From contig NC_068994.1 of NCBI RefSeq assembly GCF_001194135.2, positions 16,906,947 to 16,970,946 of the forward strand: a stretch of DNA of 64,000 nucleotides, given 5' to 3'. Source of the stretch: Octopus bimaculoides (Eukaryota). Each line of letters opens with the position of its first letter. Position 1 is the first letter of the stretch. The position numbers and the translations under genes are program-made. Below are positions 24,788-35,769 of this stretch, piece by piece. The notes beneath the pieces are model-generated. The model saw only the letters and a list, made by a program, of their open reading frames with translations, had not been told where the DNA came from and did no database searches.

Positions 24788-25006
24788 CACTTTAGTATTT
24801 AAACTGGCCATCTCCAGCCCAAATATTCTACCTGTTTCATGTTCAAACTGGCCAGATCTGGCCTCTCACAGCTACCCTACAATATCATTCTAGAAATAAG
24901 CAATTCATCATTTAAATCTCAAAGGTATGAGTTAATGCATAATTAATTCAAAACGATGTGAATAAATAAGCATTATATTTGACAAAGTAATCTGAATGCT
25001 AAAGGG
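24788..25006. mobile_element. piggyBac-type MITE; copies at 23507-23735, 32809-33019 and a partial copy at about 5190-5390
   Basis: Termini TTAA|C(C/A)CTTTAG(C/T)ATT ... AATGCTAAAGGG|TT(T/A)A, consistent with CCC..GGG ends and a TTAA target site. Confidence 0.75.
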
Positions 25007-25029
25007 TTTATTTGTATTTCTTTTTCTAG

Positions 25030-25178
25030 GTGTCCTCCTTGAACTGTAACCCTTGCTGTCATGTTGTCGTTGTAGGACTCAGTACTGGTAGACTTTGTGT
25101 GCTAGATATCACTGAAACAACAGCACCCCGTCTAATTTATAGTAAAGCAATTTGTTCATATTCACTTACTTGTTTACA
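25030..25178 (+). CDS. CFAP43: CFAP43 exon; VSSLNCNPCCHVVVVGLSTGRLCVLDITETTAPRLIYSKAICSYSLTCL
   Basis: Acceptor tttttctag, donor CA|GTAAGT, phase 0 to 2. Resembles human [22 protein letters not shown]. Confidence 0.93.
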
Positions 25179-25367
25179 GTAAGTATCAACTGAAGTACAA
25201 TCTGTGCTTAGAATTTGAATATTCTGGTTACTACTTTAAAGTTTATTGAGAGGAAATTCAGTTGCTTTTCTGAAATTAACAACTAATATTTTAACATGTC
25301 ATTTACATAAAACTCTTAGTCATTGAATTATATGAATTATATATAGTACATATTTTTTCTATGCCTG

Positions 25368-25460
25368 TCATCTCTGAAGAGCTCGTGGTGTTAGTTAACC
25401 ACACTTTTACCTAACAGCCTGTTATCTAATATCCAGTGTGAAACCAATTGGTAAGATTGA
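25368..25460 (+). ncRNA. Type I hammerhead-like ribozyme, canonical core, sense to CFAP43 pre-mRNA
   Basis: TCATCT-CTGAAGA-GCTCGTGG...CCAGTGT-GAAA-CCAATTG-GTA^AGATTGA. Stems I and III are good; stem II is imperfect with a long loop. Confidence 0.55.
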
Positions 25461-25585
25461 ATGAAATGGATCTATATTACTGTATGCTTTGATTGATATA
25501 TATATAAATATATATGAAACAACATTCACACCTGGCTCCAATTCCCTTGCTTGTGTTTTTCTCTCATCCACCTGTGCTTTTCTTT

Positions 25586-25622
25586 TTCTTCTGATGAAGG
25601 ACTAATGTCTGAAATGTTGAGA
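25586..25622 (+). ncRNA. Degenerate minimal hammerhead of the Penelope-terminal type
   Basis: TTCTT-CTGATGA-AGGACTAATGTCT-GAAA-T-GTT^GAGA, like the CTGAnGAAGGGCTAAnGCyCGAAACGTH motif of PLE termini. Confidence 0.45.
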
Positions 25623-25820
25623 CTCTTTTCCTTCAAGCTAATACAGTATTTGTCAAACATTGATTCTGCTGTATTGTCTTTTTCTTTTCTTTTATTGCTC
25701 ATTGCATTTACAATATATATGTATATATACGAATGCATATATGTGTATGTATATATGAATATATATATCTATATATATGTACGTATATATATTTATATGT
25801 ATGTATGTATGTACATATAT

Positions 25821-28065
25821 AGGCTAGTCTTGCAGAATAGTATAGCAACAATTATCTCTGCCTATGCCACAAGTGGGCCCACCAAATGAACAGAAGGACC
25901 ACTTTTATGATATTCTTCTGCAGATTACCTCAAACACGAATGATAATGACCTCATCTTTGTGGCTGGGGATTTCAATGGGCATGTCAGACGGCAGCCCTG
26001 TATCTTCCATGGTATACATGGGGGCCATGAAATTGGTTCCTAAAATGAAGAGGGAACAAAGCTACTGGAGTTCTGTGATGCATCACCAACTTCAGGAAGC
26101 CAGCCAGCCACCTGATAACCTATTAATCAGGTGACTGTGATAATCAGATTGATTACATTCTCACCAGACAGCAGGATGCATGGTTGCTCTTAAGTACAAA
26201 GATCTTCCCTGATGAAGAATGTACCCCCCAGCACAGGCTAGTCATTAGTGACATTAGACTCCAGGTCAGAAGGATACCAAGAAGCAGACCTAACTGGAAA
26301 AGAAGGATTTGGAAGCTTAAGGACCCTTCATATGGTCAGAGATTTAGGGACATCCTAATTGAGAAATTTGATGAGAGAGAGAGAGGAGGAACTACAGACT
26401 TGTGACATAGAAGGCAACTGGGAATTCCTGCAGGACAGCTTACTGAGTGCCACAGACCATCCAGACCTAGGGTGATGTGGTGGTGGAACAATGCTGTAGA
26501 CAGGGCCATTAGTGCAAAAAAACAGGCCTGGAAGGCCTGGAAGAGTGGGTATAGTAGGGAATTGTATCAGATAGTCAGAAGAGAATCTAGGAGACAGGTA
26601 TATCTAGCCAAGGGAGAAGCAGAAAAGAAGAATTTTGCCTATGTTCAGTGATGTAAGGACCAAAAAATTAAAATGTTTTGGATTGCAAGACAATGTGTGA
26701 GAGAAAACTGTGATGTCATAGGAGAGACATGTGTCTGCATGGATGATGGTGCTCTTGCTTTTAATGATTCTGCAAAGAAAGGGGTTTGGAAATGCCATTT
26801 TGAAAAACTGTTGAACATGAAGAATGAATGGGAGGAGGAGAGTCTTCCAAATGTTGATCCAAATTGACAATACTTTGGTAGATAAAGCAATTAAGGATAT
26901 GAAGACAGGGGAAGCCCCCGGCCCATCAGGAATCACCACTGAGATGCTTAAAATATCTGGCGGTGTGGTTTATGGTCTATTCACCCGTATTGTAAATCAG
27001 GTGGTTCATGAAAGAGTCATACTCAATGACTGGTGTAGCAGTACTATAGTCAGCTGCTACAAAGGTAAAAGTAATGCCTTAGATAGAAATAATTACAGAG
27101 GTATCAAATTGTTGGATCAGGTGATGAAAGTTATGGAGAGAGTCATAGTCCAACTAATTAGGGAGAGAGTTAGTCTAGATGAGATGCAGTTTGGTTTTGT
27201 GCCAGGGAAAAGCACCGCCGATGCTATATTTCTGGTAAGGCAGCTGCAGGAGAAATACATAGCTAAAGATAAACCTCTGTACTTGACTTTTGATGAATTG
27301 GAGAAAGTCTTTGACAGGGTCCCCTGATCCCTTATCTGGTGGTCAATGCAGAAACTAGGTATAGACAAGTGGTTAGTGTGAGCTGTACAAGCTCCTCACC
27401 CAGCTCTTGTTCATCATTGTCCTCCAGGTAATAACAGAGGAATTCTAGACAGCCTGCTCCTGGGAGCTCCTCTATGCTGATGACTTTGTTCTTATAGCTG
27501 AATCACTACCAGAACTACAGAAGAAGTTCCAGGCATGGAAGCAAGATCTAGAATTAAAGGGCCTCAGAGTTAACCTAGCAAAAACTAAAATCTTAGTAAG
27601 TAGAAAGGCAGACAAATCACAAATCCCTTCAGGTAGATGGCCCTGATTGATCTGTAGAAAAAGCATAGGTAGAAATTCCATAAGATGCACCCAGTGTAAG
27701 CTTTGGACATATAAGAGGTGCAGCAATATCAGAGGTAGGTTAACAGGGAAAATACCTTTGGTGTGTGGAAGATGCACAGGTACAATAAACACCAAGAATG
27801 TACAGAAAATAGACTCCATCAACTGCCAGTGGGGTAAGCTAGAGGTAGTTGATAGTTTCCATTATCTAGGTAACCAAGTTAGAAGTAGAGGTGGATGCTC
27901 TGAGAGCATAGCTGTGAGAATAAGATTACGCTGGGCAAGATTCAGAGAGCTCCCACCCCTGCTGGAAACAAATGGCCTCCCTCTCAGAGTGAAAGGCAGA
28001 TTGTATAATGCCTGTGTGTGAACAGCTATGTTACATGGCAGTAAAACATGGGCTGTGACAGCTGA

Positions 28066-28069
<4 letters not shown>
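25821..28069 (+). mobile_element. 5'- and 3'-truncated RTE LINE: APE (IISAYA, AGDFNGHV, QIDYIL), RT (NNYRGIKLL, QFGFVPGKST, LYADD) and a PHD-like finger; multiple stops and frameshifts
   Basis: ORF track 26184-28021 plus manual translation. Confidence 0.95.
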
Positions 28070-28101
<32 letters not shown>

Positions 28102-28366
28102 ACCTCTAATCATTCACGCTTACCTCTAATCATACATATTCACATGTACATATTTAATTTCAAGTGTTAACATGTAGCATAATTAGTTCTAATTGTAAGC
28201 ACAGGCATGGCTGTATGGTAAGAAGACTGCTTCTTAATCATGTGGTTCTGGGTTAAGTCCCTCTTTGTGGCATCTTGGGCAAGTGTCTTCCATTATAGCC
28301 CTGGGTTGACCAAAGCCTTGAGAGTGGATTTGGTTGATGGAAATTGAAAGAAGCCTATTTTGAATA

Positions 28367-28402
<36 letters not shown>

Positions 28403-28403
28403 T

Positions 28404-28434
<31 letters not shown>

Positions 28435-28511
28435 GAGGATGGTGCAATGTGTGAGTGTGTCTATGTGCTTGTGTTTGCTACCCACAACTACTTCACAACC
28501 AGTGTTGCTTT

Positions 28512-28796
28512 TAGAAAATTTACTATTTTTAAATCTCACAGCATGAGATATTCAGCAACAGTACTTTGTAGTAAAGATTGTTTGCCAACATAACATGGCA
28601 GTCCTGGTTTAGGACTAATGCTGCTGTAATTGTTTTGAGCTGAGTGGGGGTGCTAGATTCCCTTGTTCGAAAATATAAGGACACAGATCATGTCGTATAG
28701 CCAGCTGGAGACGATGTCTCCTGGGGCTAAATTACAGCAACATTACAGTCCTAAACCAGGACTGCCATGTTATGTTGGCAAGCAATCTTTACTACG
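28512..28796. mobile_element. Foldback/MITE-like insertion with about 65-bp inverted repeats, inside a SINE
   Basis: GTAGTAAAGATTG(T/C)TTGCCAACATAACATGGCAGTCCTGGTTTAGGACT starts at 28568 and its reverse complement ends at 28795. Direct repeat GTGTTGCTTT at 28502-28511 and 28797-28806. Confidence 0.8.
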
Positions 28797-29562
28797 GTGT
28801 TGCTTTGTTTACATCTGTCTAATTTAGCAATTCAGCAAAAGAGACCAATGTGATAAGTGTCAGGCTTAAAAATAAGTAGTAAGTTTGATTTGTTGGATTA
28901 AACCCTTCAAGGTGGTGCCGCAGCATGACCGCAGTCCAATGGCTAGGACAAGTAAGAAATAAAAGATAGAGATTTCGTATTTGATAATCACCATTGTTGT
29001 TGATATGTATCTTTTATCTTCTATCTTACACTCATTTCAGTCATTAGTTTGTCACCATGGTGGGGCATGATCTTGAAATTTTAGTCAAATGGATCGGCCC
29101 TAATACTTATTTAAGCCTGGTACTTATTTTATTCGTCTCTTTTGCCGAATCACTAAGTTATGAGGATGTAAACACATCAAGTGGTGGTGGTGGTGGGGAA
29201 ACACAGACACACACACACACACATGACAGGCTTCTTTCAGTTTCCGTCTACTAAATCCACTCACAAGGCTTTGGTCGACCTGAGACTATAGTAGAAGTCA
29301 CTTGCTCAAGGTACCATGCTATGGAACTGAACCTGAAATCATGTGGTTGGGAAGCGAGCTTCTTACCACACAGCCATGCCTTTATTTAATATTCAACACT
29401 CCCATTCACCTCTTGCTGTTGATATTAGTTGATTCTCATCACTATTCAATGCTCATTCCAGTTGTTGATGCCTGGTCTGTATTTAACATATACTCTACTG
29501 TTATTTCATCATCTTCACAATATTAGCTTAATTTCATTTCGTCACATTTTTTCTTCCTCCAG

Positions 29563-29666
29563 CTATGACCGGCAGGCTTGTTACCTGTTTGTTCTCACCA
29601 ACAATAAGATTCTCTTCATCCTTGATGCTGGTATTAAGACTCGTTATAAAATATACGGCTTTCTCG
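29563..29666 (+). CDS. CFAP43: CFAP43 exon; YDRQACYLFVLTNNKILFILDAGIKTRYKIYGFL
   Basis: Acceptor ttcctccag, donor G|GTGAG, phase 2 to 1. Resembles human YDQQGIFLLV...FQIIGF. Confidence 0.92.
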
Positions 29667-29788
29667 GTGAGCTTTTTCTGGTTTTCTTTCCTTGTATTAT
29701 TTCCTTGTTCATATAATAGCCCCAGGTTAGGACTGATCAAAAAGGCATATGATCAAATGTGCATCTAATATGTTTTGTATGTTGGTGG

Positions 29789-29945
29789 CAGTGGCGCCAT
29801 CATCAGCAGTGGCGTCATCATCAACAGTGGCGTCATCATCAGCAGTGGCGTCATCATCAACAGTGGCGTCATCATCAGCGGTGACGTCATCATCTGTGAT
29901 GACGTCATTGTCAGCGGTGGCGTCATTGTTATCAATGGTGTCGAC
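29789..29945. repeat. 18-bp minisatellite (CAGTGGCGTCATCATCA[G/A]) adjoining a reverse LINE-tail copy
   Basis: About 8 units visible; contains TGACGTCA at 29882 and 29900. Confidence 0.85.
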
Positions 29946-30253
29946 AGCAGCATTTCAATGTCTCCATGCTTGCATGGGACAAACAGAATTTAGAAAAGCA
30001 GATTTTCTCTAATTGGATGCCCTTCGCATCACCAGCCCTCACCTGTTTCCAAGTAAGACAATACTTCTCCATGACTAGACATGTTTTCATGGAAGATTGG
30101 AAATGAAGGACACTGCTTATATGACAGTGATGCTTGTTTACAACTATCAAGGCAAGAAGACAATAACACACGCACACACACACACACAAACACACACACA
30201 CAAACACACATACACTCACACACACACAAACACACACACACAAACACACATAC

Positions 30254-30300
<47 letters not shown>

Positions 30301-30330
30301 TACATATACATTCATACATACACACACATA

Positions 30331-30920
30331 CAGGGTGTGAGGGCTGAATTTGACTGTATGCAATAAAGGAAAAGAAAACACAATATCTCATCCAAAAACA
30401 AAAGTATTTTCAGAAATATAAAACAAGAATCAAGTAGATTACAGCTGGGAGTTAACAATTTATTCAAAGTATTCATTCCTCACTGTGTCCAAGGGAAGAT
30501 CTTCAAAGATCTCCTTAATCTTAGCCACCAGCTTGGCCTTGGTGTTGCAGGTAGAGAGATTAGTGTGTTTCTCAACCACATCCCACACAAAGTAATCCAT
30601 GGGATTACAATCAGAGGAATTAAGAGGCCAGAAATTGGTTGGTGGTGAAGTTGTAGTAGAAATTCTCCAGTGACTATTTTTGACTTTTTTCAGAGGTATA
30701 GCAAGGAGCTGAATCCTGCTGCCACACATATGACCTTCTAGCAGCAGCCCTCTTCAGCTAGGGTTTGACCACCATTTTCAGCAGCTTTACATAACCATCC
30801 AAATTGGGCTCAAGACCTTGTTGAAGGATATGGAAAATGAATTTTATTATGAGGATGCAGTCAGAATGCCTGCTGGCCACAGCTTCATAGTCTTTGTTGC
30901 AGCTGTCGCAGAAAATGATA
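30331..30920 (-). mobile_element. Tc1/mariner maT/DD37D-like 3' remnant
   Basis: TA|CAGGGTG terminus; NFWPLNSSDCNPMDYFVWDVVEK and QGLEPNLDGYVKLLKMVVKP. Confidence 0.8.
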
Positions 30921-30929
30921 TGCAATATG

Positions 30930-31420
30930 CAAAACAAATGCCTATAGAACAACTTAGACCAACCCAAGGAAGAGGCACATAATCCATGTTGTCAAAATAT
31001 TTTTAATGTCATCAGGTCAATATACCTATCATCAGACAAAATACCGAACTAAAATATTTAATTGCTAATTTGTATATTTGTTGAAAGTAAAAGGCAACCA
31101 AAAAGCTTAGAGCCATTGTTATCAAAGGTAAAGTTTGACTAAACAACAGTAACAACTCCGTTAAATACTTGCATTATGAAGAAATATATATTGGCCAGAC
31201 AGGAAACTCATTATAGGAATGAACTCAGGTATAGCAGCAACAAATCAGAGACCTTAAGGTCTTTCAGATTGTATTAGGTGATCATTTAGAAACATGCAAC
31301 AAGGAGAGTTTTTTGATATCCTTCTTTTACAAACTTTAAGTGAAGTTAGAAGATGAGTAAGGGAAAAGAATTTTATTGAGAATCTTAAACCCATTCTGAA
31401 TGGACAATAATATGAAGAAG
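30930..31420 (+). mobile_element. Penelope-like element remnant (linker and GIY-YIG endonuclease)
   Basis: Frameshifted HNPCCQNIF...SKRQPKSL..LLSK.KF and YIGQTGNSL...QQIRD...HLETC...L.P.LN. Confidence 0.7.
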
Positions 31421-32511
31421 AATAGTATCAATATTGATGTTACTTAAAAACTGTAGTAATTACTGACAGCATTATAAATCCAAATTTGCACTAAATTTCA
31501 TTTAAAGATATTTAAGATGAGGACAATGACTTATAGTATCAGATATTTCTCAAAATCTGGTTGTAGCCAAATCCTCTCTCAGTCTTTCTGATTGGTTAAA
31601 ATGTTTCTAGAAATAAGAGCTGTCAATGTCTACTGTTTTACCATGCTCATCAAACCATGACACCTAAGCTGCGTGCTGATTGGTTAAGATTGTGTTCATA
31701 AGCTTCAGCTTGCTTGAGCTTATCTTCTGTAAACTTTGTACTCATGTGACTCTGCTAAAAAACAGTGTTAACCCACATCCACAGGCCCATTATTTTTTAA
31801 GAGTTATGTTGACAGCTCCCCAGCTAAAACAACTTTCATAAACCATCTGGGGCTCAGATGCATGTATGTCATTTATCAGATGATGATCCCTGATTTTCTG
31901 TCCATGAAGATATTGTATTTTAAGCTAGTGTTTACATCTATGTTACATTCAGTAAGTCTAATGAAGGTCAGTTTAATGATGGTGATAATAATGAGGATGA
32001 TGCTTGTGACAGCTCCCCAGCTAAAACAACTTTCATAAACCATCTGGGGCTCAGATGCATGTATGTCATTTATCAGATATCATCACAAATCATCAAAGAC
32101 ACATGCATTTTTAATACAAAACCACATTAAAATAAAAATCACAAACCAAAGAAAACACAAACATGAGCAAAGAAAGAAAAAAAGAGGAAAAAGGAGAAGA
32201 AAGAAAGAAAAAGAAAGAGAAAAACGTCTATTCAACACTCAGTACTTTAACTGGTCACACACCACAAGGTTCAATGGAATCTATTGTAGCAACACAACAT
32301 GCTTGTGGCATTACCACAGGTAGTCACAAAAGATTCTCACTGCTATTGTACTGAGAAAATGCAAACATAACAAAATGATTTTGCCAATATGAGTTCACAT
32401 CAGTAATCGCCTAAATAAACTGCAACTTTTCATTTAGTTAATTAGTCTATTATACATTCTGAACTCTGGTTTCATTGATAACTTTTTTTGTTTTTGTTTT
32501 TGGCTTTATAG

Positions 32512-32655
32512 AAATGCCCAACTTGTTATTGTCTGTTGCCACAGAGAGTACTGCTGGTGTCAAGGTTTATGTCTCAGCTGCATCTGACCACATGGAACAA
32601 GAAACAGAATTCAATAAACTTATATTTTTCTATTTGGAACCAAACTTCAAAAGTA
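32512..32655 (+). CDS. CFAP43: CFAP43 exon; (E)MPNLLLSVATESTAGVKVYVSAASDHMEQETEFNKLIFFYLEPNFKS
   Basis: Long T-rich tract and ttatag acceptor, donor A|GTAAGT, phase 1/1. Confidence 0.85.
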
Positions 32656-33879
32656 GTAAGTTTAAACGTGTCATTACTGAGCATCAGCAATTTTTTTTCC
32701 TTTTTACGAAGAGTGTTAAAGCTTGTTTGAAACATTGTGACAAAGATGTAAAGAAACAATATGGTGAGAACAGAGAGCTTCTTACAATGCAGAAATGAAA
32801 AAGTTTAGCCCTTTAACATTCAAACCAGTCATATCTGGCCCAAATACTCTGTGCTTTGTGCAAACTGGCCAGGTCCAGCCTCTTGCACGTACCCTACATT
32901 GTCATTCTAAAAATAAACAATCATATTGAAATCTTGGAGTTAGAAAATAAGCCACGATTTATTCAAAACTGTGAATAAATAAGCATTACATTTGACAGAG
33001 TAATCTGAATGCTAAAAAGTTAATGAACTTCATATATTTCAGGTACAACACACCATCATCAGGAGTAAACAGTCAAAAAATGTTAGTCTTTATCTGATAC
33101 TGACCGTGTTGATCATTGTTCAACATTTCTTGTCTGTTTACTTCTAATGATGGACTTTTGTGTCAGAAATATCTAAAGTTTATTAAACTTTTTCCTCTTT
33201 GCATTGCCAGAAGCTCTCAATCTTCACTATTTTTATTTTTTAAAATTCTTTTAAAATTTGTTTTGATGATTTTTATTTGTTTTCCTTCTTCTGTTATCAA
33301 GCAATCACATAGCAGTTCTCTCATTGGCTTATTTTCATTTCTAAGTCATTGGTTGATCCCTCACAGAATAGGTAACACAGTTTTTTTCAGTTGTTATTTT
33401 TATTGACCAGTATCTCCTTGAGAATGAAGCTAATAGTGTTTTTTTTTTAATCTCTTTGGAACTTGATTTTATGTTTAAAAAATTCTAACTCTAAATAATT
33501 TTAGATTGGTGCAAGCTATTTCTGATTTTGAACATGTTCCTGTCAAGCTAGAAGTTTGTAATAACCCCTATCTCCTCTTCCACCTTTCTGCATATTAGTG
33601 TGGTCACATAAAAAGGGAAGATATTAAACAGTACAGAATCTATGTAATTTTCACATTGAACAGCTTAGATTTCTGCCTTCCAACAATAATTAAAGCCATA
33701 ATCACTGTGTTAAAGTAGTTTAGGGATTTTCAAATTTGGGTGAGAAACCAAACTATCTGCGAATTTCTTGTAGGAGTTCTCTATTTATGGTGTGAAAAGA
33801 CTTTGACAAACACAACAAGCAGGTTACTTCCTGCATTTATCTTAAGCTACTTTGTAACAAAGATTATGTTGAGTGTACC

Positions 33880-35700
33880 TTGTTCTTTGTGGAATCTACA
33901 CTGCAACTCTGGTCTGATGTTTTCTAATATTGATTGAATTAGTCTTTGAGCAAGGTCTTGGCTATGACCTTCTCAACAATGGACACATTTGCTATATCCT
34001 TACCGACTGAAGAAACAGATTTCTCTTCTTAGTTTTAACAGGTAGTAATGATATTAGCACCCTTCCAATATCGAAGTAAATACTCCTGGTTCCACACCTC
34101 TGTGATGTAGTGATCAAGAGATCTTGTGCTGAGATAAACATCCTCCTTCAAGGAGGTGATTTTCTATTTTTTAATGTTTTGATGGTAGCACTAACTGCAT
34201 GGTGTAACAAGAGGCTGGACGATGAACATTTCACAGATTTCCTTCAGGACTGCTGGATTCACTGATTTAGGATCTAGTGGAAGTGTTTTCCTAGGGTTCC
34301 TCTATTATTGACTCATATATTTCAGTAATATCTGATGGTTGATATCCTTGAACAATTTCCTAGTGCATTATAAGTGCCTTCATCACTTCATAGAAAACAT
34401 GCATAACATGCTTATCTAGGTGCATCTAAATTTCTTGAGTGTTAGCCATCTATCATTGATTTTTCAGAACAGAAAGAGTGAATAAGTCTCACTCCAAAAT
34501 GCTTGCTTTTGTTTTGCTTGAGTGTGTTATGAGTAATTGTCCCAGGTGACTTTATGGGCCTTGTGCATGTAATTCAGGGGCCTGCTGATTATTCTGGTGT
34601 TCTCCTTGAGCCAGTCTTATTTCTGATGGTTTTAGCAGCTGCATTATAGAATTTGAACTTTATGAGAACCATTTGTCATCCATGCCAGCTTTCAGAGTGA
34701 TGAGTGCCCAAAGTGATGAGTACCTTTGAAGCTGTAAGTTTGACATCGAGAGTGAGTGATGGAAGTCCTTACAAATATTAGGACTGTCAAGTTTACAACA
34801 TTCGAGCATCTTGATGTTTGATGCTCTTGCACATTGTTAGGGATATCCTTCGTTAGTATCACTTGATGGTCTGACCTACACTCAAGTGTTTGCATAGCTT
34901 CAATGAGCAGAACATCCTTGAAGTCCAATTACCTGACCATAATGTGGTCATAAGATGCTAGTATTTAGATATGGAATGCACCTGTGAGGTTTTCATGTTT
35001 GTTCTTTTACTGGAAGATGGTGTGGATAATGTTGATGTCATATTCTGCCCACAGAGGAATAAACCTGACATTGTTGCTGTTTTCCAAATACTGGTTCTGA
35101 TCACTTAATCCTAGGAATTTTTAAATTCCTCCTTAGTAGGGCCATATTTATGTATGGGCTAATATGAGATATGGCCAAGGGGCACCTATTTAAAGCAACC
35201 AAGTAAATAATTTATAAGTTTTTTTACTTGTTTAATTTTTTAAATCCAATAGTGTTCTTTTAAAATTATTGAATTCTGTTTTGATTTAGTGGGCCCATTT
35301 AGATTTAAAAAGCCATTAAATCTGAGTCCCTCTGAATCTACCAAGTCTCTTTTAATTTTGGGGGTCTCTTCTAACTGTTTAGGGCCTGTAAATTTAATGA
35401 GGTCTTCTTTATTATGCTTTGAATTAGCAAAATCATAAGGGGTTCCCAAAAACGTAACCGTCCATGGACCCTTCTTGGTCTAAATCCAGCACTGTTCCCT
35501 AGTCTTGCTTTAAAACCCCTCATTAGAATGTCTTTGTCTTGTTTAAGTAATTTAGTCAATGTTATAAGAGGACTTTGCCCCAATAATCCCAGAATATTGA
35601 TGTTGTATAGGCACTTGGTTTCATAACAAAGTGGCTCTCTCCAAGGGGACATTAGCTATTCACTAACATCAGAGAGTATCTGAGTTACTTTAAGCAACAG
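33880..35700 (-). mobile_element. Heavily decayed RTE LINE (APE to RT N-terminus)
   Basis: DKDILMRGFKARLG (DFNARVG-like), AEYDINIIHTIFQ, DHIMVR..DFKDVLL, ECRSDH, and WKGANII. Confidence 0.6.
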
Positions 35701-35769
35701 AATATTCCTCACAGAAAAGCTTGGTGATGTCCATCCACAAGGTACTCATCTAGAAGAATGAATAACCCT

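Noticed and set aside
35110-35700. Compositionally odd island with two short minus-strand ORFs, considered as foreign DNA
   Set aside because: It contains a DFNARVG-like APE motif contiguous with the decayed RTE; about 370 nt remain unassigned but nothing is recognisable.
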